Of a stretch of 64,000 bases of DNA, positions 48,580 through 61,966 are shown piece by piece. Source of the DNA: Trichoplax adhaerens (Eukaryota; Animalia; Placozoa); assembly GCF_000150275.1 (NCBI RefSeq), contig NW_002060943.1, positions 6,874,299 to 6,938,298 on the forward strand. Direction: 5' to 3'. The position numbers and the translations under genes were made by a program. The notes under the pieces were generated by a model, which searched no databases, was not told the origin of the DNA, and saw nothing but the letters and a program-made list of their open reading frames with translations. How positions within the stretch are numbered: the stretch's first letter is position 1; every line of letters begins with the position of its first letter.

Positions 48580-51500
48580 CTTTTCTTTATGCGCTGCATA
48601 TCTTTGGAATATGATGTTGTTTTGTTTTAAGCATCATTTTTTTTTAACTTCCTATAAAGTTTGTTACAATTTTATGCTATATTAATAGCAGGAGAGGATG
48701 ATTAAATTTTTTTAACGCTAAATATCGAATCCAATAAGTTCATGATACACTTGCGCCATACTGTCAAGAGGATTAGCTGGTAGATGGGTCTCGGTTTCAC
48801 AAAATATTTGCGTCTTTACTTGTTACTCTTGTAGTCTCTATGTATTCCAACATTTATGCATTCGTTCTTCAGTAATTAGTATATTCTTACTTTTAAAACT
48901 TCTGGTAACTTAATAACATTACGAAATATGCTTTAAAAAATGTACTTTTTACTATGCGTGTAGTATAAAAATTAGAATACTTGTTTAGTCTTCAGCACGT
49001 CGTAAAATAAAAAGTACTCTATTCAAGTAAAATGTAAAATAGCTAGCTATACCATCATAGGCTGTAACTACTGTAATTCCTACTTCTTTGCAATGCTAGT
49101 TCTTGTTGTGTATATACAACTTCTGCGACTCACTGAGCCTGTACTTATATCGTGGTGTATAATTGTTGGATTAATTTTGGGGGGCTGGAATTATTTTCTC
49201 TATGAGGTCGTACATAGATTTTAGTTTCAATAGGATGATCAATTCTGATGAAGAGTTACTACCCATTCTATTCTGCTTTTAATTAACGTTGTTTCTCGTT
49301 ACAAATTACTATCATATTCTGATAGATTCTATATAGCGGAAATGAATGGCTAAACCATTCGTTAATGCAGTTTGTAATTCTAGTTGGATGGCAAAACTGG
49401 CTATAATACCCCAGATACTACCATCTAAAAATTTATGGCAAAGTGCTCTACTGAAATGCCCATAGCCATACGAAATTTCATATACTTACGCGCGTACAAT
49501 GTCAATTGCTTAAAAATAATGATTCAGTGGATTCCTCCCAAAACACCAAATTATCGCCAATCAAATGGCTATTTGAAATTTTTATAATGCCAGTGTAGGT
49601 TTATGATATCGTCTTGGTTCTCGCCCAAAACTCAAGCCGATACCTAAATTTATCCAGTTAGATACAAGTCATTATCTTATACGTTAGATAAATGAGAAAT
49701 TTTAATCCTAATATTGCATTGTGAATACGGCTACCTTTGCAAAGTGTTGTCCTAATTGCTTGTGAGCAGTAGCGCATGGTTTCAAATAGTAAGTACTACA
49801 GTATGTAGATTGTTGAATCTACACTGCGGATTCTACGGTATATCACATTGATGCTCATAAAATACATCGCATAATCATAATATAATTGAATATTGCGACT
49901 ATTTGTTACTGTATCGTAATTTATGCTGGAAATATTGCAACCGCAGTAGCTATACCATGATAATGATCCATTTATTTTACTTTACGGCTTCTTCCTCTAT
50001 TGATATGAACATCTGATATCGTATCGGGATGATTTCGTATTGGGCGCTGTAAGTATAACATGTAGTCTACCCTTAACGTCCAATTATGTGCCAATGCGCT
50101 CTTGAGTATTTACATCGTGATCCTGAATAAAATCAACTACTCCATTAACGTTCGTACCGCCAATCATACGGAATAATTTGACATTGAACGTTTATCAGTG
50201 ATATATATATATATATACGAGCACTCATATATCCTCTATAGGGGGCATGCTTCCAAGAACTCGTATCCTTAGAGTTCAAGATATCTTAAATCAAGTTTAC
50301 TTAGGACTGCTACTTCACAGCTTATATCTGTATCTTCCAGAATACCAGTCTTGAAGCTGCCACAGTTGGTTTATAGCGGTGTTCTTCATGTCTAAAATAC
50401 AGATGCAAATGCATTACTATGCCAGGACCATATACCATTGCTTGGTTAAAGGGAAATCGATCCTTTGCTATCGGAAATTGTCTTACTAAATGATACATTT
50501 AATAATCCATGACAGTACAAAGGACTTCCTTTTACTTGTCTTTACTACTGCAACTACGCTACTGTACAAGTTGGTGCTACCGATATTACTATTAATTCTA
50601 TTCCGGCAGCAAAGTATTCATCCTACAGTGCTGTCAATAACATAATCGAACATAGTCTTTGGTGTAAAGTTTAGGTAACCGAGAATAGAGTTTCTAATTT
50701 TCATCTAGTGTAGATATTATGAGGATGAATAAATTCACGTATGCAAACTTGTGAGATAAAGCAGTAATTTGCATTTTAAGGCATATCGTAAAGTTTGTTG
50801 AGTTAGCGCTGATATTTAGGTCTACGTTTAGCGGGTATATGTCTCAATTCAGAACAAAATGAAGATCTTGTAGGGAGATTTTAACATGTAATCATGATGT
50901 AGTCTAGACTGGAGGTTTCTTTAAGTTTAGCTCTCTTACGTGGATAGAATCAGAATAAATCAATCTATTCCGATATCAAAACAAGGGAGCCATGATACAG
51001 TAGATGAACGGTTTCTTTCACCTCGATGATCTATACGGGAAACGTATATCGGAATAAATGGATCGATTCAGGTATCGAAACTAACGGCCTATAGGTTATT
51101 TCAATTCGATACAGTAATGCCTGTAGAGGTACTTTTGGAGATATTCTGACATTATGACTATGATAGCCCCAGATTGGAGTACAGTAATATCATGGACTAA
51201 TAGGAGAAGACTAGAGGAAAACCTTTTTCTTTTAGTGGTCTATGAGTGATACCCATGGAGATAGTATTCAAGATATTGCCTCTATCATGTCCAGCAAGCG
51301 TCTAACATATACTGCAGGTTTGGAGTACTCTACTGTCGTATAATATCCCATTCATGAATGGCGATACCTTGCGTATTTTGGCTGGCATGAACTTCTCAAT
51401 CTACTATTATGCTATACACGATATACCGTGCAATGTATATCAATGGATCCTTTATCGACTTTTGTAAAGAATGATTGTGTAACCCTTTAGGTTAGCTATC

Positions 51501-52249
51501 ACGAACAATTATGACCTTATACCAATGTAGTGAACTATTCTAGTTTAGGAGGAAATTTTTTTGGGGGGGGGGCATGGGTGCAATCCCTGAAAGGATACTA
51601 AAGAGAGATAGTATAAATCCATCAGCATCATAATAATTATAATAATGATAAGAATTATTATGATGGATAACAGAATGCAAATAAATTAATATCCAGGCTT
51701 GCAGATTTGACTGAACATGTATGAGTAACGTGCGAAAAAATCCGGACTACAGGATGTCAGTAATTTTTGTAGGTTTGGATTTTTCCGGACTATAGGAAGC
51801 GTCAGGGTGAAGTTCCTCAGTAATTATACTTGCAAAAAAGTCCAATACAGCCTGATCTCTACGATGACTATGATTGGTGCCTTAATGCCCCATCCATTCC
51901 ATTTTTAGCTAGGAATTGGGGGAGTTTGGGGATAGTTCAAGTATATATATATATATACAGTAAATGAAGATCTTGGATCAGCAGTAATATCCAATTCCTG
52001 CCATTTTCGTAGACATTTGCAGTATTTGCGTACTGTTCATACTATATGATCTTTGCTGTAATGCAATGAAAATATTACTGCTCGAGTTGATGTCGTCATG
52101 GCTGATCGATTCAGCTTGAAATTTCTCAAGTTTGAATGGAAAATTGAAGATATTTTCTCGACGCCATTAGTAATGATGATCGAATTGATTTAAGGGTTGA
52201 TGAATTTATTCATGAATTATTCCTTCCTTGTACTTGCAAAAAAAAGTTG

Positions 52250-52774
52250 CAGGGTGCCCAATCCATCTCTATGGTTCAGTATGATGGGTGGGGTCATACA
52301 TGATACACTGGATGACAGCCGATGACACCATGAATCCATAGGCGTAGCCACAGTGTACAGTGTACAGTCGAGAGTGTGTACTGTACTCGACGTACTGTAC
52401 TCCTCCTAGCATCCAAGAATAAGAAAGTAATGGACTACAGTTCCGGTACTGCTTGTACTCATACGCTAAAAGGATTCGTATGGACGATGGCAGTGTCTTG
52501 AGACAGGGTATCACGCGTAGAACTGACCTACAGTATATAACACACTACGGCAGCAGCTCACCCCACATCGAGACTGACTCCTATTGGGATTGTTGTTACT
52601 CTACTACGCGCACTCGTCAGCCATTGACCAAGACAGAATTGATGCTGGTGGCCATTTTGGGTTTAAAGAATCGATCAAATCTTGGATTAATCCATCGTTT
52701 TGCATAGTGTATCTTTGATCAAGCAGTTGATAAACTCTTGGTGATTGCAATTGAAGACTCGTCATCATCGGCCC
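52250..52774 (+). promoter_or_regulatory. GC/CpG-richer promoter and 5'UTR region of the DGK gene
   Basis: Visible GC/CpG rise over the AT-rich background and TATATAA at ~52534, directly upstream of ATG 52775. Confidence 0.45.
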
Positions 52775-55700
52775 ATGTCGACCGGTAGCTCGAACAGCGG
52801 TCAAAGCCGCGGCGACGATACCGATAATGAATCGGTAGATAGTGAAGATCCAAGCACTCCGTCCATTCAGAGGAATTATTCCACGCTGATCGCCTTAAGC
52901 ACTCAGGTGGCAATCGACAATCGTTTATTTCTCCTATCCATGTCTAGACTATCATAATTTGTATTTTTTCCGAGCCTTGTTGCTATCACCATTTCCATCA
53001 TACAACGGGGTAGCTGTTAGCCCTACTTGAGCATGAGATTGAAAGTGAAATCTTTTCAAATCATTCATTTGATTTATTTTTCTACTCGACTCTGCAACTT
53101 GCCTCTTTTTTGTTGTATTTTTTTTATTTTTGCGCCATGTTCAACCCCCTAAGCCTACCATCATGATTTTACTAGTCAAGTAGGCAAAAAAATGCCAAGC
53201 GATACCAATCGATAGCCAATAGCGATGAGTAAAAACATCCAGTATGATGATCAAGACTAGAGGACAGAATGAATTGCCAATCACATCGATACGTCATATT
53301 GCACCCCATTTTCATCGTACGCTTTTACCCCTCTGGCCAGCCACTCCAACCATCGCGATATCATATCGCCATCATCATCTCCTCACACCATGTGAAAATA
53401 CTCATTAATGGACAATCCCTTGACGTTATTGACTGTAATCACATCCTCTTTCCAAAGTAAAGTATGCCACGCAATGGTAGAAACCATCCAAGGAAGCCAA
53501 GCAATGGCGTAGTGGCGATCTGTATTGCCCATTCTTGACATTCCAAGCGGATGATTGTCGTCCAATTTAGACAACGATGAAAGCGCATTGTCCCTTGACT
53601 TTAGAAATACTATTCTTGCTAATCAAATAGACCTCCGATCAATCGGTTTCCTCGTCCAGGCAGTTACTTTGCTATAATTTAGGGGACCTACTTTTCATCT
53701 CTGTTATTTTGATGTAGGTTATTGCTTGAGTCGTCCTTCTCTCAACGTATCGGGTCGAGAAAGGAACATTAATAAATAACCTTGCCATGTCTCTACCGTC
53801 GGCATCACTTGAAGATCCAATAATTAAAAGGCCACATTTCTATCCATTCAAATGGATAGAAATACTACAAGCATCATTGATTCCTAACAAACTATCGCCA
53901 AGTTGGCCATAGTCCATTAGCCACACGCTATGCTTATTCAAGATATCCACTTTGGACATTGATAGACCATGCTAGGCTTAAAGAATAATTAATTTACATC
54001 ATCAATAGACATGACGAAGCAAAACGTACCGTAATACGTCCAACTTAAATTACAAGAGTAATCTTCAACTACTTTATGCACTTTTTGAACATCTGAATTC
54101 CCATCTCTTACCCTTTCCAGTCCCCAATGCTAGCATGAAAATTCTCTCTCTTACTTGCTATGCCAGTCACTAGTTTTTCCCCCCTCTTTTTATTGATCTC
54201 CAACGATTGAAAAAGTATCGCTTTTGAAGGAAATGAAAAATATTCTAGCCAAATGACTTGATTATGATACTTTGAAGAAAGATATTTTCCCAAATAAACT
54301 TACCTTGCTACGACTAGGAGTACTGTAATGGACAAATGGGGTCAAGAAAGAGTCATTTTTTTTTATTGCAATAGCATTTTTCAACAGCACTGACCACCAA
54401 CTCCAAGCGATAAACTGTCCAAATGATAAACAGACGCATATAATTATTGTAAATTGATTCCTATATTGAAAAAAAATTCACACTTAAACGGATACTTTAA
54501 TCAAATACTATGTACAGTACTGTATCGTTCGATTGAACTATCTGCAGCAGTTTATCGAATAGCAAATATTCTATACTGTGTAAAGGTGTTTTAACTATTA
54601 TTCTTCAAGTCTATCAACAACCAAAAATTCATCCATCTTCTACTTGTTCCTGACTGATATAATTTTCCATCACTTACTCTCGTCCAATTGACTTTTGATT
54701 GGACAACACTTGAATAGAAAGACGATCAATAATTTCACTTTCATCCGGTCTAAGAGTTCAATATTTTACGATAGGTGATCTAATTTAAAAGAAAGAATTT
54801 GAATTCTTTTCTATTTTCATTTTACCCCCCTTGTTACTGTTACGCTCTCATCAAATAAAAATATATATATACTAATAGTATAGGATAACGGCATCAATTT
54901 TTTGTTGTTTTCATTTTGTCCTTTTTGAATACTTTATGCGAGTAGTTGAAAGAGCTGAAAATAGCATCTTGTGTCCTAAAGTTGTCGATGATTCTAACCA
55001 TTTGATTCAAATCGATTGGCTCTGCCATCGACCCAATTGATCAATTTTAGCATGACAAGGGGGCTAATGGAAAATGCCATCAAACACGATTTCAGCAATA
55101 TCCTTTCCTCATCTTCTACTTACTACCACCGCTATGACAATGATTGTCCATGACAGTCACAGGACGAGGACGAAAAATTGGAATCCCACCCCCTTGAGAG
55201 TTGAAAATATCCAATTTCGCTCATGAGAATACCGATTTCCAGTTCTCACGGACTGTAGCGTAGACTAATTGAAACCGATATCCTACTGTATTAACCGATC
55301 AAATCAATCCTTAGTTGGCAAGAGGAATTCCATTCTACAATATAGGAAGAATGATAATGATGGTGATATGACTGAGTAAGAGAGAGCAAAAAAAAAAGGA
55401 AATGCAATACTCGCTCGTATCTTGAAAAAGTGAAAACTGTCCAATTGCTCCTTTCAATCATTGCCAATCTTGACATACATCCTATGAACCCAGATTGTAT
55501 CATAGCTTCGCTAAAATCAATCTATGGACTGAAAAAAAATGATCCATTCTACAGTCCAGAACAAGTATTTTCCTTCAACGCTTTCCAATACGAACATGAA
55601 TGGAGCTGAAAGATGATCCATTTTTATTCATGATAATAAGTATAATATCACTACTATAGGATGATCCTAATGAGAAAATATTGAATCCACAATCTTGAAA

Positions 55701-58700
55701 GTATTGAAAATTGTGTTAATGATGCCTAATGCCTAATAAGCTGTCTCCCACTCTCAATGTAAATCAATTCCATCAGTCGACTCATCATTTCCTGTCCATT
55801 TCGACGCCAAACTGTATCTAAAGAAGCTCATAACGAAAAAAAGATATAAATCCGATATCAATGACTAAACCAGTTGTTATCCGCACACACAAATGAATTG
55901 TTCAAAATTTGCTCTTTCCAATTGAAATGAACTCAAAATGATTGCTACAAATGCTATCGTGATAACGTTTAAACTGTAGTAGCTATTGATAGGAAATAAA
56001 TCCTTTTTTTTCTTCCTCTACTTATTTTTTCTTAATTTTACAAATTCAACTCTATTAGTAATTAAGTAAAATAATAGGTACAGTTTATTGAATAACCACT
56101 AAACTGGTTGATTTGTTCGTTTTGTTCTTGACGACAACTATTCTTATTTGATTCTTACTGCTCGAATTTGCTTGACTGTGTGAAGATATTGTAAACTAAT
56201 ACTATTGCATTTTTTTTTCGGCCGGTATGATTTCCTTGTATTTCCAACATGGATAATGGTTAGAAATGTGAGAAAGCTGGTTATTTACTCAAGCTGACAT
56301 CATTTCAGGTAAGTTAACATTACCTATCAACTTCGCTTATCGAAGGCTATGTTGCCATCCTCGACTACAGTACAATGTTGCCTATCGTCTTAGGATCATA
56401 ATAAAGGAGTACATGATTGGATTTCGATATGCTCTTTCCAATCATGTCGACAACTAGAATGATAGGTCGTATGATAATTATCAAGGCAGGATTCTATCAA
56501 CTAAAATGAACTCACACTATTATTTTATCTTCAGTGATTGAAGAGTTCGTTAGCTTTTCCTTTTGTAGAATATCGAGCAAGGAGAGTGAGATGGTTAGCA
56601 ATGGATGTATTGATGGAGTATTTCTCATCTTTTCTTCTTTTTTATTTTCAAAATGGAAACATACACAGTTTGAAACTCAATACGCTAGCTAGAGTTATAT
56701 TAGTACAACTGCCTGCAATCGGATAGAAACGTGTAAGACTCGATGTAGAGAGAGTTACTGTGTAGTTGTTAGGTCATCAACTACTCGTGAAATACTTCCA
56801 CTTGAAAAGCTTTTACCATATTCAATTCCAACATCCAAGTATAACCATTCTTTTATTGTCGTATAATGGAGTTCAATTGAACGTTCCATGTTGACTTACT
56901 TCATTTTTGGACCTTATTTTATTGGGATCTTTGAACCTCACTATCCTTATTTGAGGTGTGGAGAGGGTAACAGAGAAGAATATTTTTTTTTTTAATATTT
57001 CGCCAATCGTTTCAATATCATCCAACGGGATTTTATTCTTTAGTTTCATCTTTTTTATATATATATATATATATATATACCGTATTAATTGATTGGTTGA
57101 TCAAATTCTTTCAAACCACGCTGTTTTATTAGTTTGTAACAGTCCAGAAACTTTATTCTACAGTATCAATGGACGTACAAGCACCATTTCTTTCTACCGA
57201 TGAAAGTACGACAGTGTACAGTGCATTTATGTGCAAAAAGATGATCATTACTCTCATGGCCGATACCTAATGTTGCTTTTTTCTCTTAGAAAGATTTTTG
57301 ATTGTATTATAACTATTGGTAGTCGAGTAGATATAGAATTTCATATTTTGAACGGGATAATTGAAAATGTTATACGCCTTTTACCTTTATCTCACTCTAT
57401 AAAAATTCCAAAGCTAAAATTGTATCCTTTTTAACCATGTAATGGATACGTTCCAACATAATTTTGTACAACAATTCTGGCAGTTTTAAAAGTATAGTAA
57501 TCACTATACAAATAGACAACGGGAATAGGGATTGCTTTAGGAATAATTGACTTGTTCGACTTTTTTCAAAGTCATTTTACAATAAAGTTAAATGTAAAGT
57601 CCATGGCAGTTCGAATAGGGTAGAAAGAAAAATGGCTAGAAATCATAAGCATGATAATAATCTTCATTATAATCTGGCAATACCTTACTTCAATCCACTG
57701 CCATCACTGGATGTATTGTAGGATTGAATGGATTCCCTTTTATTAAGACCTGCTAGTTAGTATACTCATGGATTTGAATTAAACAATTAAAATAAATCAA
57801 TAGCCTACTATATCTTGGATACAGCATCAATTTAATGAACAAATGAACAATCTATGCGTATTTTAAGGGTATTTGACGAGTAGGAAAAAGATCGTCAACA
57901 ATTTACTGTTCTAGACAACCTTGTCTTCCTCGACACGATACCGATTTGAACCTACTATTGATATAAATGACTATACTGTACCGATGTTATGATCGATAGC
58001 ATCAAATGCTATCGCAAGAGTCCAAATAGACTTGTACATGCTAGCCATCGCAACAACTAGTTTACAACGATAGCTTATTTTTACCACTACCTACAAAAGT
58101 GAAGAAAGAAAAAATATCAATTTTTCAACGTCATGTTTACAAAATGCCATAGGTGGGATCCTCAATCTATCCACTACAAATAGATAGATTTATTGATTGG
58201 ATACAAGTAGAAACGTATTCAGTAGCTAATAAACATGCATTCATCGTATACTAATTATTTCCCTATCCAACAGATACAAAAATGATACTAAATATTATAA
58301 TGAAATAAAATTCAAAGTATATTATGCATAGATATGTAAACGTATAATTGAGTTTACACGATAGCTTTTATTCGGCCTGGATGTCGATAAGGCAGGCGTA
58401 GCCCAGATTTGTTAAATAATACCTAAAAGAATACAATTCTAGCGACAATGTGCCAATCTCCATTCTGATCAGAATAAATTTACTGTAGGCTGTCCATCAA
58501 TAATAGCAGTAGAACACTACTAGTCAATGATTTTCACTGGATAAAGGTAGCAACTAAAAACTATAAAAATAAGATTAATATTACTAAAACTATCCTATGC
58601 TAACTGACTACCTTTTATAAAGAACAATCATCATCTTATGGTAAGATAGAACAAACCGCTAGATTGCATTTGCATCCCTATCGATCTCAAACGTATTTTC

Positions 58701-61700
58701 CACAAAATACATTCCCATCCCTATCGATCTCATGCGTATTTTCCACAAAATAAAAATAGTGCAAAGAGTTGTTACAACTGTTCATAAATTGGACGCTTGC
58801 AGTGGATCCTGTAGTAGGCTACTGACCAAGCTATACAAATCGAGAAAAGTGTCATATTGTAAATTATAATTAATGGAAGACTTGCCTAATGCCATAAAAT
58901 CTAATTTATCCGGTAAGTGTAGTATCTACAATATAGATAGAGTTACAGATGAATATGTATATATAGATTTATCGACGTCGTATACGTGTATTGATACTTT
59001 TTTTTTAAAGGAAATCATTTTTAAAGTAGTATTGTAGTACCTGAAATGATGAATTTTCCACTTTTGATATTACCAGTAAATTGGAGTATAGAAAGAATGA
59101 CTGTAATATCACGTTTTATTGAATATGGACCATCCTTCTATAAGACTCCTAGGATGTAAGAATCCTATAGTAGACCACTATTGATCCATTGTGGAAAAGA
59201 TAGATCTACCATTTCGAAATGACTAATACACCATTTATAATGATTCAATTTCAATTGGATCCCATCGATCATAATTGATTGATCACAAATTAACAGTTGA
59301 TACCAAAACACCAAATTAACAGCGTAACAAGACTACCTTTTATCGTAAAAATAGGGATTATCATCTTGTATTCTGTGCAAGATAGTAGCATTTGATAGTA
59401 GTCATGCAAGTGTATAGTGTACAATCATTCAATAATGATGTACAAGTCCTAGAGTCTCTCTAATTAGAATCGCAGGCAAGAATAAATGTATTCACTATAT
59501 AGCTATATATATATATATTCTATATTTTTGGAATGAGTTATAAACCGTTAAAATCGTTCATTATAATTTATCCATCCTATCCTACGTGTAATGATTGATT
59601 CGAAACTAAAATGACAACAAAATTTTACATATGTTGTAAAATACAGACTATTATTCTCTACCACTCGTAAGATAGAAGAATCTGACAGTTACCATATTAC
59701 ATTAATGTCCAACAATCGATCCATGACATACAGTATATAAAACTTTTCTAAATTATAATAAGTGGTTCACCATTAAAATGGTTAATTTGAAGTTAATGGC
59801 AACTGTAATTACTATCCAAAGTCTCGAAATTGAGTAAGACCTAAATTTGGCCTTGAAAATACTATCGATGATTTTAATCTATATTTGGCCAAGTAAACTA
59901 TACCATCAATGATGTACACCAACGATAGCATTGGATGGATCAAGAGTGCTATATCCTATCTAATTTTCAAATGGTGGCTATATACGCTAGATGCGTTGAT
60001 CTGCAATTGATCAAACTACATAAACTGTAATTATCAAATTCTACAATACCTTTCATAAGATAAGGCCATCGTTTGATCTTGTAATGTTAATCCAGAATGG
60101 TATTCCATGTGCTATTTTATAATAATGAGTGTATTATTCGACCGTAATAGATGTAATGTAACTCGAATCAATATGCACTACTTCTACATTTTAATAAAGC
60201 CTCCTAACGACGTATTATAAATTATATCTTACTCGATCAGTAACCAAAAAATATCTTGTCATACAAATATTATCAATCTTTGATATTTCTCTAAAAATTG
60301 TGATATCCAAAGATTACCATGAAACAAATATATGTTCCATACGAGCACAATCTTAATGTTAACAACGATATAAGTTATGAGTTACTATCGGGAGAATTCT
60401 CTGTATTATCGTCAATCTTTCATTTTTCCCTGATGTCATGTAATATACTTCTTGACCCCTACTTCATAGATCGTTATCACACAACATACTCCTATAAATC
60501 TCGACCTAGACTAACGTAAGCTAAAAATATAATATTAAAAAAAGAACAAGTGCCATTCTATTATGAAATCATATCGAAGTACAAATTCGATGATATAAAA
60601 TGTAATACAATTCTTGCTTACTGCCATTAGATCCGCTCGAACAGGATAACTAGTGCTCACTTTAGTGAGTTAATTTGATTTTTATTCAGTTCAAAATGCA
60701 ATTTAAGACGCAAACTAATGTTAGTATACCATGTAAATACTCATATCAGAATTTTTATATTCAACCATAACTGAGCGATAATTGTGTGGAGAAATGAAAT
60801 TAAAATGATTTCATACGACTAATGACTTGACAAGAATATATTCAAATGAACGTCTTCAATGATTCTTCTCTTGCCTAAGTAATCTTTTTTCTTTCTTGGA
60901 AGAGGTTAGAGATATTACAGCCAATAAAATCTACACAATAAACAACTTATGTAGTCATCAGTTCTAACCATATGATAAAATTCTCGTAATTGGGCAAGTA
61001 AACAAAACGAATCAGCAATCTGTTATGAAAGTAAATGCTACATGACTTGAACTTTCTAAAAAAACTCCCATGTAGGCGATCATTCGGCTTTCTTACTTAA
61101 TAATAATACGAATTGATACTGATACATATCAATGTCGTTAAGCAGGATTAATCATTTTATCAGAAATACTTCCAAATCCATGCAAATACCTAGCATTGCA
61201 TATGTATTTTTGTCGATCCCTTGTTTGATAATAAATAATCAAAATTTTCTTACTTTTGCTCGACGTTAACGTGTAATTTTTTACCATGATAAACGCCATA
61301 ATATTACCTTTCAATTTATCTGAGAAAATACAAATATCCCAACGGTACCTCAATGCAACGACAATGTATTTGATGGGTCGATGCCATACTCGTACAATAT
61401 AGATGTGTTTCTATTTGTACCATACTAGAAAACTTTATTAATCCACATAGTAGATATAATAGAAATACCTTACATTTGATGTTATATGGCTTAGTAGAAT
61501 GTATTATTTCTTTAGCTATTGTATTTGTTTGACTACTTTCTATAGACAAACTCAATCCATTAACTAACTGGTATCCTACACATTGGTGGATATAATAACG
61601 TTTCTATTAGCTTTCTTTCTCAATACTATTATCATTCAATCATTTGTCATACCATAGCTAGTAGACATTTAGTATCTTACTGTTGATATAATAAGAATAA

Positions 61701-61966
61701 TAACAAGAGAAAAAATAGAATATAGGCTATGCTCATATGCAGATGTGATATATATCTATCTTTCTCTGTATATAATAATAATAATAATTAATCATCATCA
61801 TCATCAAGAATGATGTAGTAGTTAATCTTTTATACTTACTGCATTAATAGATATAAGCCCAAATAGTACAGAAATCCTTATTTTTCTCTTTTCTATAATT
61901 TAGCGTTGGCACAAGCGCTACTTTCAATTACGAAGTGGGAATTTATACTATTCCAAGCATCCCGAT
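52775..61966 (+). CDS. DGKH: Type II diacylglycerol kinase (delta/eta-like), 5' exons encoding the start of the PH domain; gene continues beyond the window
   Basis: Phase-0 exons 52775-52906 (MSTGSSNSGQSRGDDTDNESVDSEDPSTPSIQRNYSTLIALSTQ), 56264-56308 (KCEKAGYLLKLTSFQ, ag|..|gtaagt) and 61904-61966 (RWHKRYFQLRSGNLYYSKHPD, ag|..|gtaagt). The joined peptide matches my recollection of DGKD/DGKH [31 protein letters not shown] preceded by an acidic segment. The exon 1 donor (cag|gtggca) is weaker. The DGKH vs DGKD choice is nominal. Confidence 0.8.
57056..57079. repeat. (TA)n microsatellite
   Basis: About 12 TA units. Shorter (TA)n tracts occur at ~1006, 50201 and 51942, and (AAT)n at ~38008. Confidence 0.9.
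58673..58752. repeat. Two-copy tandem repeat, period 43 bp
   Basis: catccctatcgatctca..cgtattttccacaaaata at 58673 and 58716. Confidence 0.85.

Noticed and set aside
49490-50170. SRCR or Cu/Zn-SOD-like domain assignment for minus-strand fragments
   Set aside because: Only 3-5 residue resemblances (KQLG, RMIGG, GVVDFIQ); diagnostic Cys/His patterns are missing.
50201-51957. Segment between two (TA)n tracts as a TA-targeting transposon
   Set aside because: No terminal inverted repeats or transposase remnants are visible at the ends.
52269-52913. Overlapping short ORFs around the DGK promoter
   Set aside because: Expected from locally higher GC; only the frame of 52775-52906 joins the PH exons.
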